Below, one piece after another: positions 10,858-20,639 of a DNA stretch of 64,000 nucleotides; the stretch's first letter is position 1, and every line of letters starts with the position of its first letter. Below the pieces are notes generated by a model. The model was not told the DNA's origin. It saw only the letters and a list, made by a program, of their open reading frames with translations, and made no database searches. The DNA comes from Candidatus Eiseniibacteriota bacterium (GTDB lineage Bacteria; Eisenbacteria; RBG-16-71-46; CAZAMP01): the NCBI GenBank assembly GCA_965224245.1, contig OZ245046.1, positions 288,001-352,000 of the forward strand, in the 5' to 3' direction. A program made the position numbers and the translations under genes.

Positions 10858-11658
10858 TCAGAGGCGCTCCAGCTCGTGCCAGACGAGGCGCCGGCCCACG
10901 AGCCCAGGCCCGACCGCCAGCGGCTCGTAGGTTCCGGCTCTGTGCGCGTCGAATGCGGCCGTCTGACGAAACGGAGACCCGTCGATCAGTCGATGCCACG
11001 CCGCCCAGTCCCACAGAAGCACGTCGTCGGTGCCCTCGTGGACCTCGCCGGCACGCGAGCCGCTCAGGATCTCGAACCGGCAAGCCTGGGTCTCGACGCG
11101 CCGACCCGGATCCCAGGCCGTTCCGAACGCCGAGCACCGGAGCCGACCGAAGGGGGCATCGACCTCCCATCGAGAGTGGCGGTCGGGCTCGGTGAGCCGG
11201 TGAGTCGACAGATCCATCAGGTCGAGCTGGATCAGATACCGAGCGCCGCCGACCAGATGCCGGGCGACACACGTCAGGTGACTCGCCGCGCGAGTCTCGC
11301 TCGTGAGGTATCCAAGGCCTCCGATCGGACAGTACGCGCCGTCGACGGGGCGGCCGAGATCGAAGTCAGCCATGTCGCCCTCGATCAGCGTCGGCTCGGG
11401 GAGATCGCTCGCGTGCATGCGATCTCTTGCGCGCTGCAGCATCGTCGGTGATCGATCGATCCCGACGAGGCGAGCACCCCGCCTGGCGAGCGCGGGGAAC
11501 ATCCGCCCCGAGCCGCATCCCGGCTCGAGGAGCGTGGGGGACACCGGAGCGGAATGGCCGGACACGAGTCGTTCCAGCAGCCAGTCGGCATCCGCGTTGG
11601 TGTCCCACGAGAAGGCCGCGTCGTAGAGGTCCGCATGTGCGTCGAAGATCCCGGACAC
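10858..11658 (-). CDS. Class I SAM-dependent methyltransferase
   Basis: LEPGCGSG motif I, GIDRS, EGDMADF. Confidence 0.85.
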   Translation of the reverse strand: MSGIFDAHADLYDAAFSWDTNADADWLLERLVSGHSAPVSPTLLEPGCGSGRMFPALARRGARLVGIDRSPTMLQRARDRMHASDLPEPTLIEGDMADFDLGRPVDGAYCPIGGLGYLTSETRAASHLTCVARHLVGGARYLIQLDLMDLSTHRLTEPDRHSRWEVDAPFGRLRCSAFGTAWDPGRRVETQACRFEILSGSRAGEVHEGTDDVLLWDWAAWHRLIDGSPFRQTAAFDAHRAGTYEPLAVGPGLVGRRLVWHELERL

Positions 11659-11681
11659 AGCGACCGTCCCCTGTGAGGGCG

Positions 11682-12950
11682 TTACCGCAGGACCGTCACC
11701 GTCCGCGTGACATCCCGACCGGACGCGCCGAGCGCACCCGCCGAGGTCAGCCGCACGAAGTAGACACCCGGCGCGACTCGCTCACCGCGGTCGGTCCGGC
11801 CGTCCCATGCGAGCGAGTGTCGTCCCGCCTCCAGGCCGTCGACGGCGATCGAGCGCACGGCGCGTCCGGCGGCGTCGAACACGTTCATCACGACGTTCCC
11901 GCTGGACGCGAGGTCGAACCGGACGACGGTCGACGCGCGGAACGGATTCGGATGAGGGGCATGAAGCAAGGTGGTCGTCGACGGCGTCAGCGGATCATCG
12001 GCGCCGACCACGGGACCCATCTCGTACGTCCACAGATCCCACTCGAGGCGGCTCGTGCTCAGCCCCGCCAGGAAGTAGAGCGAGTCGCCGATCAGGAACG
12101 AGCCCGGAGCCCATCGCCCCGAGCCCGGATGCGGCGGCAGCTGGATCCAGGTGTCGGTGTCGCCGTCGTACTGCCAGAACTCGCCCTGGTCGAGCTGGAC
12201 GTGGTCGGTTCCCTCACCGCTCAGGACGTAGCCCTTTCCGTCCCAGCTGAACTGGGTGCCCGCCACGCGTCCCTCGCCGGGGAAGTCGGTCATCCGGGTC
12301 CAGGTGTCGGTGATCGGATCGAACCGATAGAAGTCGCGGTATATCCCGCCGCCGTGTCCGAAGCCCACGTAGGGGACGTCCCCGATGTTGAAGTAGTAGG
12401 GGTGATGCCGCCGCGGCCCGGGCAGGTCGTCGTGCTGTAGCCACGAGTCGGTGGCGATGTCGTACTCCCACCAGTCGCCCAGGTTGCCGATCGCGGAGCC
12501 GCCACATCCGACGTAGATCTTCCCGTCGTCGGTGATGACGAACGCCGGGTGCGTGCGGGGCTGTCCGGGAAGGCTCGTCAGCTCGGCCCATGTCCCGGTC
12601 GTCGGATCGTACTCCCACAGGTCGGCGAGGTACGTGGAGCCCACTGCCAGCCCGAAGCCGAGGTATCCTTTGCCGCCGTAGGCCCCCCCGTACGCATAGC
12701 CACGATCGGGTCCGGGGAAGTCCGGCAGGACCGCCCAGGAATCGCCGACCGGGTCGTAGCGAAAGAAATCATCCGTGGCCCCCGCGCCCGATGTCGAGCC
12801 CGTGACGACGTAGCCGTACCCGTCGAGGGTGAACGTGACGGGATGATGACGTCCGGGAGACGGCATGCTGGTCCGTTCGTTCCAGAGACCGGCATGGGCG
12901 GTAGACGTCGCGACGACGACGAGCAACGAACAGATCAGGCTCGAAGACAT
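11682..12950 (-). CDS. Secreted Kelch-repeat protein with FlgD-Ig tail
   Basis: Signal peptide; six Kelch-like repeats (G...YD..TD.W); PNPF...WDGRTDRG...GVYFVRL tail. Confidence 0.88.
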   Translation of the reverse strand: MSSSLICSLLVVVATSTAHAGLWNERTSMPSPGRHHPVTFTLDGYGYVVTGSTSGAGATDDFFRYDPVGDSWAVLPDFPGPDRGYAYGGAYGGKGYLGFGLAVGSTYLADLWEYDPTTGTWAELTSLPGQPRTHPAFVITDDGKIYVGCGGSAIGNLGDWWEYDIATDSWLQHDDLPGPRRHHPYYFNIGDVPYVGFGHGGGIYRDFYRFDPITDTWTRMTDFPGEGRVAGTQFSWDGKGYVLSGEGTDHVQLDQGEFWQYDGDTDTWIQLPPHPGSGRWAPGSFLIGDSLYFLAGLSTSRLEWDLWTYEMGPVVGADDPLTPSTTTLLHAPHPNPFRASTVVRFDLASSGNVVMNVFDAAGRAVRSIAVDGLEAGRHSLAWDGRTDRGERVAPGVYFVRLTSAGALGASGRDVTRTVTVLR

Positions 12951-13238
12951 GGATCCTCCAGCGTCGGGGTCTTGCGGATGGAATGGACGGGCCAGTCGAC
13001 GAGGGAGTCTAGCATCCGGGCGTGCGCTTCCTAAAAGGCCCGATCGCCGCCGTCATCCAGACGGCTGCGGGCCGAGGATCGGGTCTCGCCGCCCGGGCGG
13101 ACGTCGTCGGTCTCCGCTCACGTTATGATCACGCGGCGGCCAGACCCGGAATCGACCGGCGCGGGCTGCGAAGCTCCCGGGGAGGACACATGCACGGATC
13201 GTCCGCTCGATGAGCACTGCCGGCCGGGAGTCGCGTCG

Positions 13239-13796
13239 ATGAGCGACATCACGCGCCTCTTGAGAGCCGTCGAGCGCGGGGAGGCCGGGTCCGCCGACGA
13301 GCTCATGCGGGTCGTCTACGCCGAGCTCCGGCGGATCGCCGCGCACAAGATGGCCCGCGAGCAGCCCGGGCAGACCCTCCAGACCACCGCTCTCGTTCAC
13401 GAGGCCTGGCTCCGACTGGGTGGCGACCACTCGTCTCGCTGGGAGAACCGGGCCCACTTCTTCGCCGCCGCGGCCGAGGCGATGCGTCGCATCCTCGTCG
13501 ACAACGCACGTCGCAAGAGACGACTCAAGCACGGTGGCGACCTCGAGCGCGTGGAGCTCGACCACGCGCAGCTCGCGGTCCCGCTCCGGGACGACGACGT
13601 GCTGGCCGTGGACGAGGCACTCGACCTCCTCGAACAAAACGATCCCCGCGCGGCCCGGATGATCCATCTCTGCTTCTTCCTCGGGATGACCCAGCAGGAA
13701 GCGGCGGACACGATGGGAATCTCGGTGAGCACGGCCGAACGAACATGGGCCTATGCCCGTGCGTGGCTGTACCGGCGGATCCGGGACGACCGCTAG
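13239..13796 (+). CDS. ECF sigma factor (STK-associated, TIGR02999-like)
   Basis: MSDITRLL...YAELRRIA...LQTTALVHEAWLRL...HFFAAAAEAMRRILVD; GGGAG RBS. Confidence 0.92.
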   Translation: MSDITRLLRAVERGEAGSADELMRVVYAELRRIAAHKMAREQPGQTLQTTALVHEAWLRLGGDHSSRWENRAHFFAAAAEAMRRILVDNARRKRRLKHGGDLERVELDHAQLAVPLRDDDVLAVDEALDLLEQNDPRAARMIHLCFFLGMTQQEAADTMGISVSTAERTWAYARAWLYRRIRDDR

Positions 13797-13823
13797 CCGG
13801 ATCTCGACGCGCCGCGACTTTTG

Positions 13824-13853
13824 GTGAGGGAAGATGTGCCGTCACGGCGCATG
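13824..13853 (+). promoter_or_regulatory. Candidate ECF promoter GTGAG-N19-CGCATG
   Basis: Lies between the ECF and kinase genes; identical elements and spacing recur at 62640-62669. Confidence 0.45.
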
Positions 13854-13894
13854 CAGAGGTGCGAACAGGTTTCTCTGGTGGAAGGAGCACCTCG

Positions 13895-16800
13895 ATGGAC
13901 GAGGACCCGCGCATCAAGGACATCTTCCTGCGCGCACGCGAGCTGGCGTCGACGCGGGAGCGCGAGGCGTACCTCAACGAGATCTGTGCCGGCGACGGTG
14001 AGCTGCGGGAGCAGGTCGAGTCGTTGCTTCGCTCCGAGGATGAAGCCGGGACGTTTCTTCAGCTCACCGAGCGAGAGCACGCCGGGTCGGTCCTCGGTGA
14101 GGGCCCCGGCACCGTCGTCGGGCGCTACAAGCTCCTCGAGGAGATCGGCCGCGGCGGGTTCGGCGTCGTGTACATGGCCGAGCAGCTCGAACCGGTACGG
14201 CGGAAGGTGGCGCTCAAGGTCATCAAGGCCGGGATGGACACGCGCGAGGTGATCGCACGCTTCGAGGCGGAGCGCCAGGCACTCGCCCTGATGGATCACC
14301 CCAACATCGCCCGTGTGCTGGACGCCGGAGCCACCGAGGCGGGGCGTCCCTACTTCGTCATGGAGCTGGTCCGCGGGCTGCCCGTGACCGAGTTCTGCGA
14401 CCGGGAATCGCTCTCCTACCGCGAGCGTCTGGAGATCTTCGTCGCGATCTGCCACGCGGTGCAACACGCCCACCAGAAGGGTGTCATCCACCGCGACCTG
14501 AAGCCGAGCAACGTGCTCGTCAGCGTGCACGACGGCCGGCCGGTTCCCAAGGTGATCGACTTCGGCGTGGCCAAGGCGCTCGGACAGAGCCTCACCGAGC
14601 GGACGCTGTTCACCGGGTTCCACGACATGATCGGCACGCCCGCCTACATGAGTCCGGAGCAGGCCCAGCTCAGCGGCCAGGACGTCGACACGCGCAGCGA
14701 CGTGTACTCGCTCGGGATCCTGCTCTACGAGCTTCTGGTCGGGACGACGCCGTTCGATCGGGACACGCTGGGCAAGGCCGCGCTCGACGAGATCCGGCGG
14801 ATGATCCGGGAGACGGATCCGCCAACGCCCTCCCAGCGACTCCGGACGCTCGGAGGAAAGCTGCCGGAGATCGCACGATTTCGCGCCACCGACGCCGCGA
14901 CTCTGGCCCGGACGGTCCGCGGCGAGCTGGACTGGATCGTGATGAAGGCGCTGGAGAAGGACCGACGCCGCCGGTACGAGACGTCCGATGCGCTCGCCCA
15001 GGATGTCGGCCGCTACCTGAACGACCAGCCGGTCGTCGCGGCGGCGCCCGGTGCCGGCTACGTCATGCGGAAGTTCGTGCGGCGACACCGCGTCGGGATC
15101 GTCACCGCCGGTGCGTTTCTGACGTTGCTCGTCGCGGGCACGGTCGTGAGCACCTGGCAGGCTATTCGTGCGTCCCGGGCGGAGCAGGCCCAGCGCGTCC
15201 TGCGCGAGCGGGCCGACGAGGCCCGGGACGTCGAGACACGACTTCGCAGGCTGGCTGACGCCCGCCAGCGAATCGCGCGCGCGAGCCTTCTCGTGCGCGA
15301 GGGTGACCTCGAGGCAGCCGACACGCTCGTCGGATCGATCGACTCGCTGATGGTCGACCTGGATCCCGTCGAGGCCGGGGAGATCCACACCGCGATCGGG
15401 GCCTGGCGCGCGCGCAACGCGGAGTGGTCGCGCGCGGCGACGAGCTTCGGACGGGTCATCGAGGCCGATCCGGGGAGCTTCGATGCGCGTCACCGGCTGG
15501 CACCGGTGTACGTCCAGGTCGGGGACTCGCTCCGCTACGACGCCCTGCGCACGGAGATGCTGGACCGGTTCGGCGACACGCACGATCCGTTCGTGGCGGC
15601 GAGCCTGGTGAAGGACTGTCTCATCAGACCGTGGACGCCCGCGGCGATGGACACCCTCGCGCACCTGGCCGACACGGTGCTGGATCGGGAACCGGACGTG
15701 CGGCAGCGCCGACGTCTCCTCCTCGCCCGGGGACTCCTCGACTACCGGCGCGGCCGGTTCACGGCCGCCGAAGCAGCCCTGCGCGAGGTGGCCGAGGGGG
15801 GCGAGTGGGAGCGCAACCTGGACGAGGACGTTCAGGCGTACATGCTTCTGGCCATGTCCCGTCTGAAGCTCGGTCGCGCCTCCGAGGCACGCGCCACGCT
15901 CGTCAATGGTCTGGGGATCGCACGCGACGCTCTCCCGGCGGATGAGACGGCGCTCGTGGGCTGGCGGGACTGGAACGAGTGGATCCTGTCGACGGCCTTG
16001 ATGGACGAGGCCACGCGACTCGTCGAGGGATCCACCTCGTCGAGCGCGGTGACCGATTCGCCGCCGGCTTCCGGTCGATCGCCGGAGCCCGCCGCTGGCC
16101 ATGCCGATCGCGCGGCCCTCATGCTGTCCCGGGGCGTCGAGGCGTCGCTCACCATCTTTCCCGCGCGGCTCGGCGGTCAGGCGTTCGGACGGGTGTCGGG
16201 TGTGATCGGCACGCTGCTGGAGCAGATGGGACTCCGACACATCGCGCTCGAGGAGACCGTGTTCGACCCCGGTCCCGAGACGGGGATGCCTCACGTGATC
16301 GAGGCGTTCGGTCGGTTCGTCGTCGAGCACCCGATCGCGAGCGAGTACGCGCTGTACGCCGAGTACAACGGCACGCGTGAGACAGGTGTCGTCGAGCTGC
16401 GTGCCGTCGTGGTCGATCGCGACGGAAACCTGGTATGGCAGGACCGTCTGGGCCGTGAGGACGCGGCGTTCAGCGAGATCCCCGGGCCCGACCCCATGAG
16501 CGTGACCGTGCTCCTCGTGGAGCGACTGTGTCCATCGTTCGGCCTGAGCGAGGAGACCCAGCGGGCCGCGGCTCCCGGCGAGATGGCGAGGCGATCGCGC
16601 GAGAGCAGCGGACTGCCTCCGGACGACGAGCTCGCGCTACTGGACGCGAGACGTGAGGCACTTCGGCGCGCCGGCGGAGACGCCACGCTGGCCGTCTACT
16701 CACCCCGGGTTCAGGGAGCCGCCGATGCGGGGGAGGCGGCGCGACTCGCGCGGCAAATCGCGGACCGAGGGCTGTGTCGCGCGTCGGCGGTGGCGACCCC

Positions 16801-17110
16801 GCTCTCGATCGAGGCCTCGCAGAAGGGACCGAACGAGCTCCGGATCCTGTGGGATCTGGCCCGCGCCTTCCGCGAGCACGTCCGCGCGCATCCACCCGAT
16901 GCGGACTATGCCCTCTACGCCGACTTCGTCTTCGACCCCGGACGCTGGGAGCAGGGGTACGTTCACTTCGTGGTCTGCGATCGGTCGGGGGAGTGGGTCG
17001 TCGTGGACCTGCAGAACTCCGAGCACGCGGACTACCAGAAGGTGAAGCCGACGTCGGAGGACGCGTGCTCGAGGCTCCTCGTCGAGCGACTCCGGCAGGT
17101 GCTTCTGTGA
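13895..17110 (+). CDS. Membrane Ser/Thr kinase with TPRs and an internally duplicated C-terminal domain
   Basis: GRGGFGVVY, HRDLKPSN, DFG, GTPAYMSPE; TM segment GIVTAGAFLTLLVAGTVVSTW; AAGGAG RBS. Confidence 0.92.
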   Translation: MDEDPRIKDIFLRARELASTREREAYLNEICAGDGELREQVESLLRSEDEAGTFLQLTEREHAGSVLGEGPGTVVGRYKLLEEIGRGGFGVVYMAEQLEPVRRKVALKVIKAGMDTREVIARFEAERQALALMDHPNIARVLDAGATEAGRPYFVMELVRGLPVTEFCDRESLSYRERLEIFVAICHAVQHAHQKGVIHRDLKPSNVLVSVHDGRPVPKVIDFGVAKALGQSLTERTLFTGFHDMIGTPAYMSPEQAQLSGQDVDTRSDVYSLGILLYELLVGTTPFDRDTLGKAALDEIRRMIRETDPPTPSQRLRTLGGKLPEIARFRATDAATLARTVRGELDWIVMKALEKDRRRRYETSDALAQDVGRYLNDQPVVAAAPGAGYVMRKFVRRHRVGIVTAGAFLTLLVAGTVVSTWQAIRASRAEQAQRVLRERADEARDVETRLRRLADARQRIARASLLVREGDLEAADTLVGSIDSLMVDLDPVEAGEIHTAIGAWRARNAEWSRAATSFGRVIEADPGSFDARHRLAPVYVQVGDSLRYDALRTEMLDRFGDTHDPFVAASLVKDCLIRPWTPAAMDTLAHLADTVLDREPDVRQRRRLLLARGLLDYRRGRFTAAEAALREVAEGGEWERNLDEDVQAYMLLAMSRLKLGRASEARATLVNGLGIARDALPADETALVGWRDWNEWILSTALMDEATRLVEGSTSSSAVTDSPPASGRSPEPAAGHADRAALMLSRGVEASLTIFPARLGGQAFGRVSGVIGTLLEQMGLRHIALEETVFDPGPETGMPHVIEAFGRFVVEHPIASEYALYAEYNGTRETGVVELRAVVVDRDGNLVWQDRLGREDAAFSEIPGPDPMSVTVLLVERLCPSFGLSEETQRAAAPGEMARRSRESSGLPPDDELALLDARREALRRAGGDATLAVYSPRVQGAADAGEAARLARQIADRGLCRASAVATPLSIEASQKGPNELRILWDLARAFREHVRAHPPDADYALYADFVFDPGRWEQGYVHFVVCDRSGEWVVVDLQNSEHADYQKVKPTSEDACSRLLVERLRQVLL

Positions 17111-17823
17111 GGCAACAGCGTGGCCGGCAGCGTCGCGGTGATCTCGCGCGCGGTGAGGGCACGGCGTCGCGACGCTTCCACGATCGACTGCGACGCATCG
17201 TCTCCGGCGTCGGTAGCCTCATGATGCTACTCGCGACGTGGCCGACGTTGGGGGGATCGGTGGTCGTGGAGCCGGCAGGCGGCATCGCCGTTCCCCTGGG
17301 CCGTGACGCGGAGTCCGCCGGCGCGGGCGTGTCCCTCGGCGTGGCCCTCGCGTCCGAGGGGGATCGGACGAGCTACGGCTTCGTGCTGGCACGACACGAG
17401 CTACGACCATGTCCCGAGTCGTACGCACTCCCGCCGGGCTGGGGCACGGTGAAGAGCATCGCCGCTCACACGACGATCTGGACGCTCAGCATCGGACTGC
17501 GCCATGCATTGCTCCACTCGGGCTCCCTCCGTTGCGATGGCGGCGTGGAGGTCGGTCGCTACCACCGGACGTCCACGCTCGATCTGACGGTCGCGACCAC
17601 CGGGGCTCCCGCCTCGATCGCGAGGCGCTTCGGCGATCGGGCCTTCGGTACGGGTATCGAGCTGCGCACGACGCTCGGGGTGGGATCGTCCGAGGTCGGC
17701 GTCCGAGCCGCCTATCGTCGGTCGCTGGCGGAACTCTCGGTCGACGCGCCACTCGAGCTGGCCAGCGTTCATCTGGTGTGGGCGTTTCGGGTCCGCGGCA
17801 CGCGGGACGGCGGGTCGCCATGA
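17107..17823 (+). CDS. Hypothetical outer-membrane beta-barrel-like protein (start 17107 or 17221)
   Basis: GTGA overlap with kinase stop; alternating beta-strand pattern (SLGVAL, TLSIGLRH, VGVRAAY, VHLVWAF). Confidence 0.5.
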   Translation: MRQQRGRQRRGDLARGEGTASRRFHDRLRRIVSGVGSLMMLLATWPTLGGSVVVEPAGGIAVPLGRDAESAGAGVSLGVALASEGDRTSYGFVLARHELRPCPESYALPPGWGTVKSIAAHTTIWTLSIGLRHALLHSGSLRCDGGVEVGRYHRTSTLDLTVATTGAPASIARRFGDRAFGTGIELRTTLGVGSSEVGVRAAYRRSLAELSVDAPLELASVHLVWAFRVRGTRDGGSP

Positions 17824-18695
17824 GACGACGACACCGTCTTCGCCTCGGGATCGTCCTGGTCGCATCCGCGAGTGTGCACGCGGGGTGTGGCCTCGAGGAT
17901 CTCCATCTGGACCTGCGGTTCGACGGGCAGACCGAGGAGATCGGCCCCGTCTTCGTCGACCGGGAGCTCGTCGTCGTGAACGTGCCGGAGGGCGTCGCGT
18001 GGCCGCGAGGCGATCACTACTACCGATCGCTATGGCTCGATCCCGCGACGGAGAGCACGACTGTGGTGCCGATCCTGGATGGTCAGGTTCTGCTGCGTCG
18101 AAGGGGTCGCTTCGTCACGCCCCGCGATCCTCACGAGCCCCCGCTACGACCTGGCACGTCCCACACGCCGGGCCGGGGGAGGCTCGACGCGTCGTGGGAC
18201 GCGGCCACGGCCCAGTGGGTCTTCACGGCGACGCCGCTGACCACGGGCACGCTCGAGATCCCGACGGCTCCCGTGCTGCTCCGTCCATCGCCGGGAACCG
18301 ACCACGTCGGTCGCGACTCCCTGCGAGCCACCTGGAGGGCGCCCGGGTTCGAGAGTCCCGGGCGTGTCTGGCTGGTCGTAGCCGCGCCGGACACGGCGTG
18401 GAGCGTGGGTCGGTTCTACCCCGGCCCGGACAGCATGTCGATCGGCTTGCCCGCAATCGCACCGACCGATGCCGTTCTCGCCGCGGTGCTGCAGTCCGGG
18501 AACAGCTTCGAAGACCCGGCTCGCCCGCTTCACGATCAGGTCTTCGGCATGGCGGTGGTGGTCTGGTCCGAGCCGGTCCCGATTCGCGTGGGCGCTTCGG
18601 GCGTGGGCTCGGTGCCCGCACCGCGTCGGTCCGGAACGACGAGCGGCTGCGCCGAAGACGGTGGACCCCGCGGACCGAAGAGTGGGCATCGCTAG
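17820..18695 (+). CDS. Hypothetical lipoprotein
   Basis: ATGA overlap; MRRRHRLRLGIVLVASASVHAGC lipobox-like signal. Confidence 0.6.
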   Translation: MRRRHRLRLGIVLVASASVHAGCGLEDLHLDLRFDGQTEEIGPVFVDRELVVVNVPEGVAWPRGDHYYRSLWLDPATESTTVVPILDGQVLLRRRGRFVTPRDPHEPPLRPGTSHTPGRGRLDASWDAATAQWVFTATPLTTGTLEIPTAPVLLRPSPGTDHVGRDSLRATWRAPGFESPGRVWLVVAAPDTAWSVGRFYPGPDSMSIGLPAIAPTDAVLAAVLQSGNSFEDPARPLHDQVFGMAVVVWSEPVPIRVGASGVGSVPAPRRSGTTSGCAEDGGPRGPKSGHR

Positions 18696-18741
18696 CGGAG
18701 CACGTGAGCACGCAACCGACCGCCGCGACGAAGGAGAGTCG

Positions 18742-19413
18742 ATGCACAAACGGTCATCGGGATGGCGTAGGTGGAGTCGATCGGCGACGGTCGCGTCGCT
18801 GGTCACCCTCGCGCTCGATCGCGTGTCCGCCGGAGCCGAGGTGGGCGCGGCTACTCCGCCGGCGCCCGGGAGCCCGCGTCCGGACGCCGCGGCCCACGGC
18901 GCCTCGCCGGCGACGAGCGGCGCGCATGGCTCTTCACTCTACTCGCTCGTTGGAACCGTGCTGCCGATGCTGGGCGGTATCGCCCTCGCGGTGAAGACCG
19001 ACGGCGGCGTGGCCAACACGGTCGCGTTCGCCGGCCTGTTCTGGGGCGGCGCCATCGTTGGTCCCTCGCTCGGCTACGTACACGGCGGAGCCACGCGCCG
19101 GGGGCTCGAGGGGCTCGCTTTGCGCGCCGGAGCCTTTGCGGTGGCATGGGCGCTGGCGCCCACGCACGACTTCGACGATGGGATCGTGCCCAACCCGTCC
19201 TTCAATCTCGCGACCGGCGAGGGCGGCGGCGATGTGGGCATCTGGATCCTCGCGACGGCGGGAATCCTCGTATCCGGCATCCACGACATCATTCGCGTCG
19301 ACGGGACCGTGGGCGCCCGGTCCGACCGAGTGAGCTCCTTGCACGCGACGGTGCTGCCGGACGCCGGCGGTAGTGGATGCCGCCTGGGCGTCGAGTGGCG
19401 GATCTCCTTCTAG
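18742..19413 (+). CDS. Hypothetical membrane/envelope protein
   Basis: AAGGAG RBS; several hydrophobic Gly-rich helices; terminal strand LGVEWRISF. Confidence 0.65.
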   Translation: MHKRSSGWRRWSRSATVASLVTLALDRVSAGAEVGAATPPAPGSPRPDAAAHGASPATSGAHGSSLYSLVGTVLPMLGGIALAVKTDGGVANTVAFAGLFWGGAIVGPSLGYVHGGATRRGLEGLALRAGAFAVAWALAPTHDFDDGIVPNPSFNLATGEGGGDVGIWILATAGILVSGIHDIIRVDGTVGARSDRVSSLHATVLPDAGGSGCRLGVEWRISF

Positions 19414-19528
19414 CAGGTGGGAGCGGTCCGGCGTGCCCGTTGCAGGATCTCGGCGGGTATTACGAACTGATACTCGAACCGATACCCTCGATGCGACCGA
19501 CGTCGTTCCCATCCGAAGGAGCAGTCCG

Positions 19529-20320
19529 ATGACGCAAGACTCGCGTTCTCCCCGGTCCCCCAACGTCGATACCGAGGAGCTTCGCCGGGCCATTCGACAG
19601 GAGTACCAGGAGGTGGCCGACGATCCCGGAAAGGGGTTCCACTTCCACACCGGTCGCGCACTGATCGCGATCGTCGGCTACGAGGATGAGTGGCTCTCCG
19701 GAATCCCCGAATCGGCCATCGAGTCGTTCGCGGGCACCGGCAACCCCTTTGCCTTGGGCGAGCCCGCTGCGGGGGAGAGGGTCGTCGACGTCGGATCGGG
19801 AGGTGGGATCGACTCGCTCATCGCGGCTCGCATGGTGGGCCCGACGGGAGCCGTGGTCGGGATCGACATGACCCCGGAGATGCTCCGGAAGGCGCGCGCC
19901 GCCGCCGAGGAATCGGGGCTGGGCAACGTCGAGTTCCGTGACGCGTACATGGAGGCGCTGCCGGTGCCCGATGGGTGGGCCGACGTCGTGATCTCCAACG
20001 GTGTGCTGAACCTGACGCCCGACAAGGACACCGCCCTCGGTGAGATGTTCCGGGTGCTGCGCCCGGGAGGCCGGCTCCAGATCGCCGACATCCTGGTGGA
20101 TCGTCCGGTTCCGGAGGGCGCGAAGCGGGACATCGACCTCTGGACCGGGTGAATCGCCGGTGCTCTGCTGGAAGCAGAGCTGGAAGCCACCGTCCTCGCC
20201 GCGGGGTTCCGCGACTTCGAGATCACGTGGAAAGCCGAGGTGTTCGCCGGCGCGCCCCAGGCGTCGAGCGCCAGCGCGTTCGGCACCATGGGGATCAACT
20301 TCCGGGCGCGCAAGCCCTGA
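19529..20320 (+). CDS. Arsenite-methyltransferase (ArsM)-like SAM methyltransferase, probable selenoprotein (Sec at TGA 20150-20152)
   Basis: AAGGAG RBS; VDVGSGGG, GIDMTPEML, ISNGVLNL; TGA falls in LWTG-U-IAGAL, the LWxGCIAGAL position of ArsM; frame stays open 55 more codons to GINFRARKP*. Confidence 0.85.
20162..20180 (+). promoter_or_regulatory. Bacterial SECIS-like hairpin
   Basis: GCTCTGCT-GGA-AGCAGAGC, a perfect 8-bp stem with G-containing loop, starting 9 nt after the TGA. Confidence 0.75.
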
Positions 20321-20639
20321 GCCCGGCGATACCCGGTCGCCTCGTCGGCGGCGCGCGGTTGTGATTCCACGTCACCCGGCCCGGCTCTCCGCGTTCGGGA
20401 CGGTGGCGTGCGTTGCGTCGGCGAAACCTCGCGGCGGTCCACGACTTTGATGCCGATGCATCATGGCGTCCCCACGGCCCCGCCCCGAGAATGCTCGGCT
20501 GGACTCCATCATCGTCGAAGACCGATCGCGACCGTTGTGGCCCGGATCCGCGGTCCCCGTGCGCCGGAGTCCCCTGCGCAGGAGCCCGCGCAGACAGCTC
20601 GTCGGCTGGCCACGCTCCAACCCGTTCGGAGGCTTCGTC

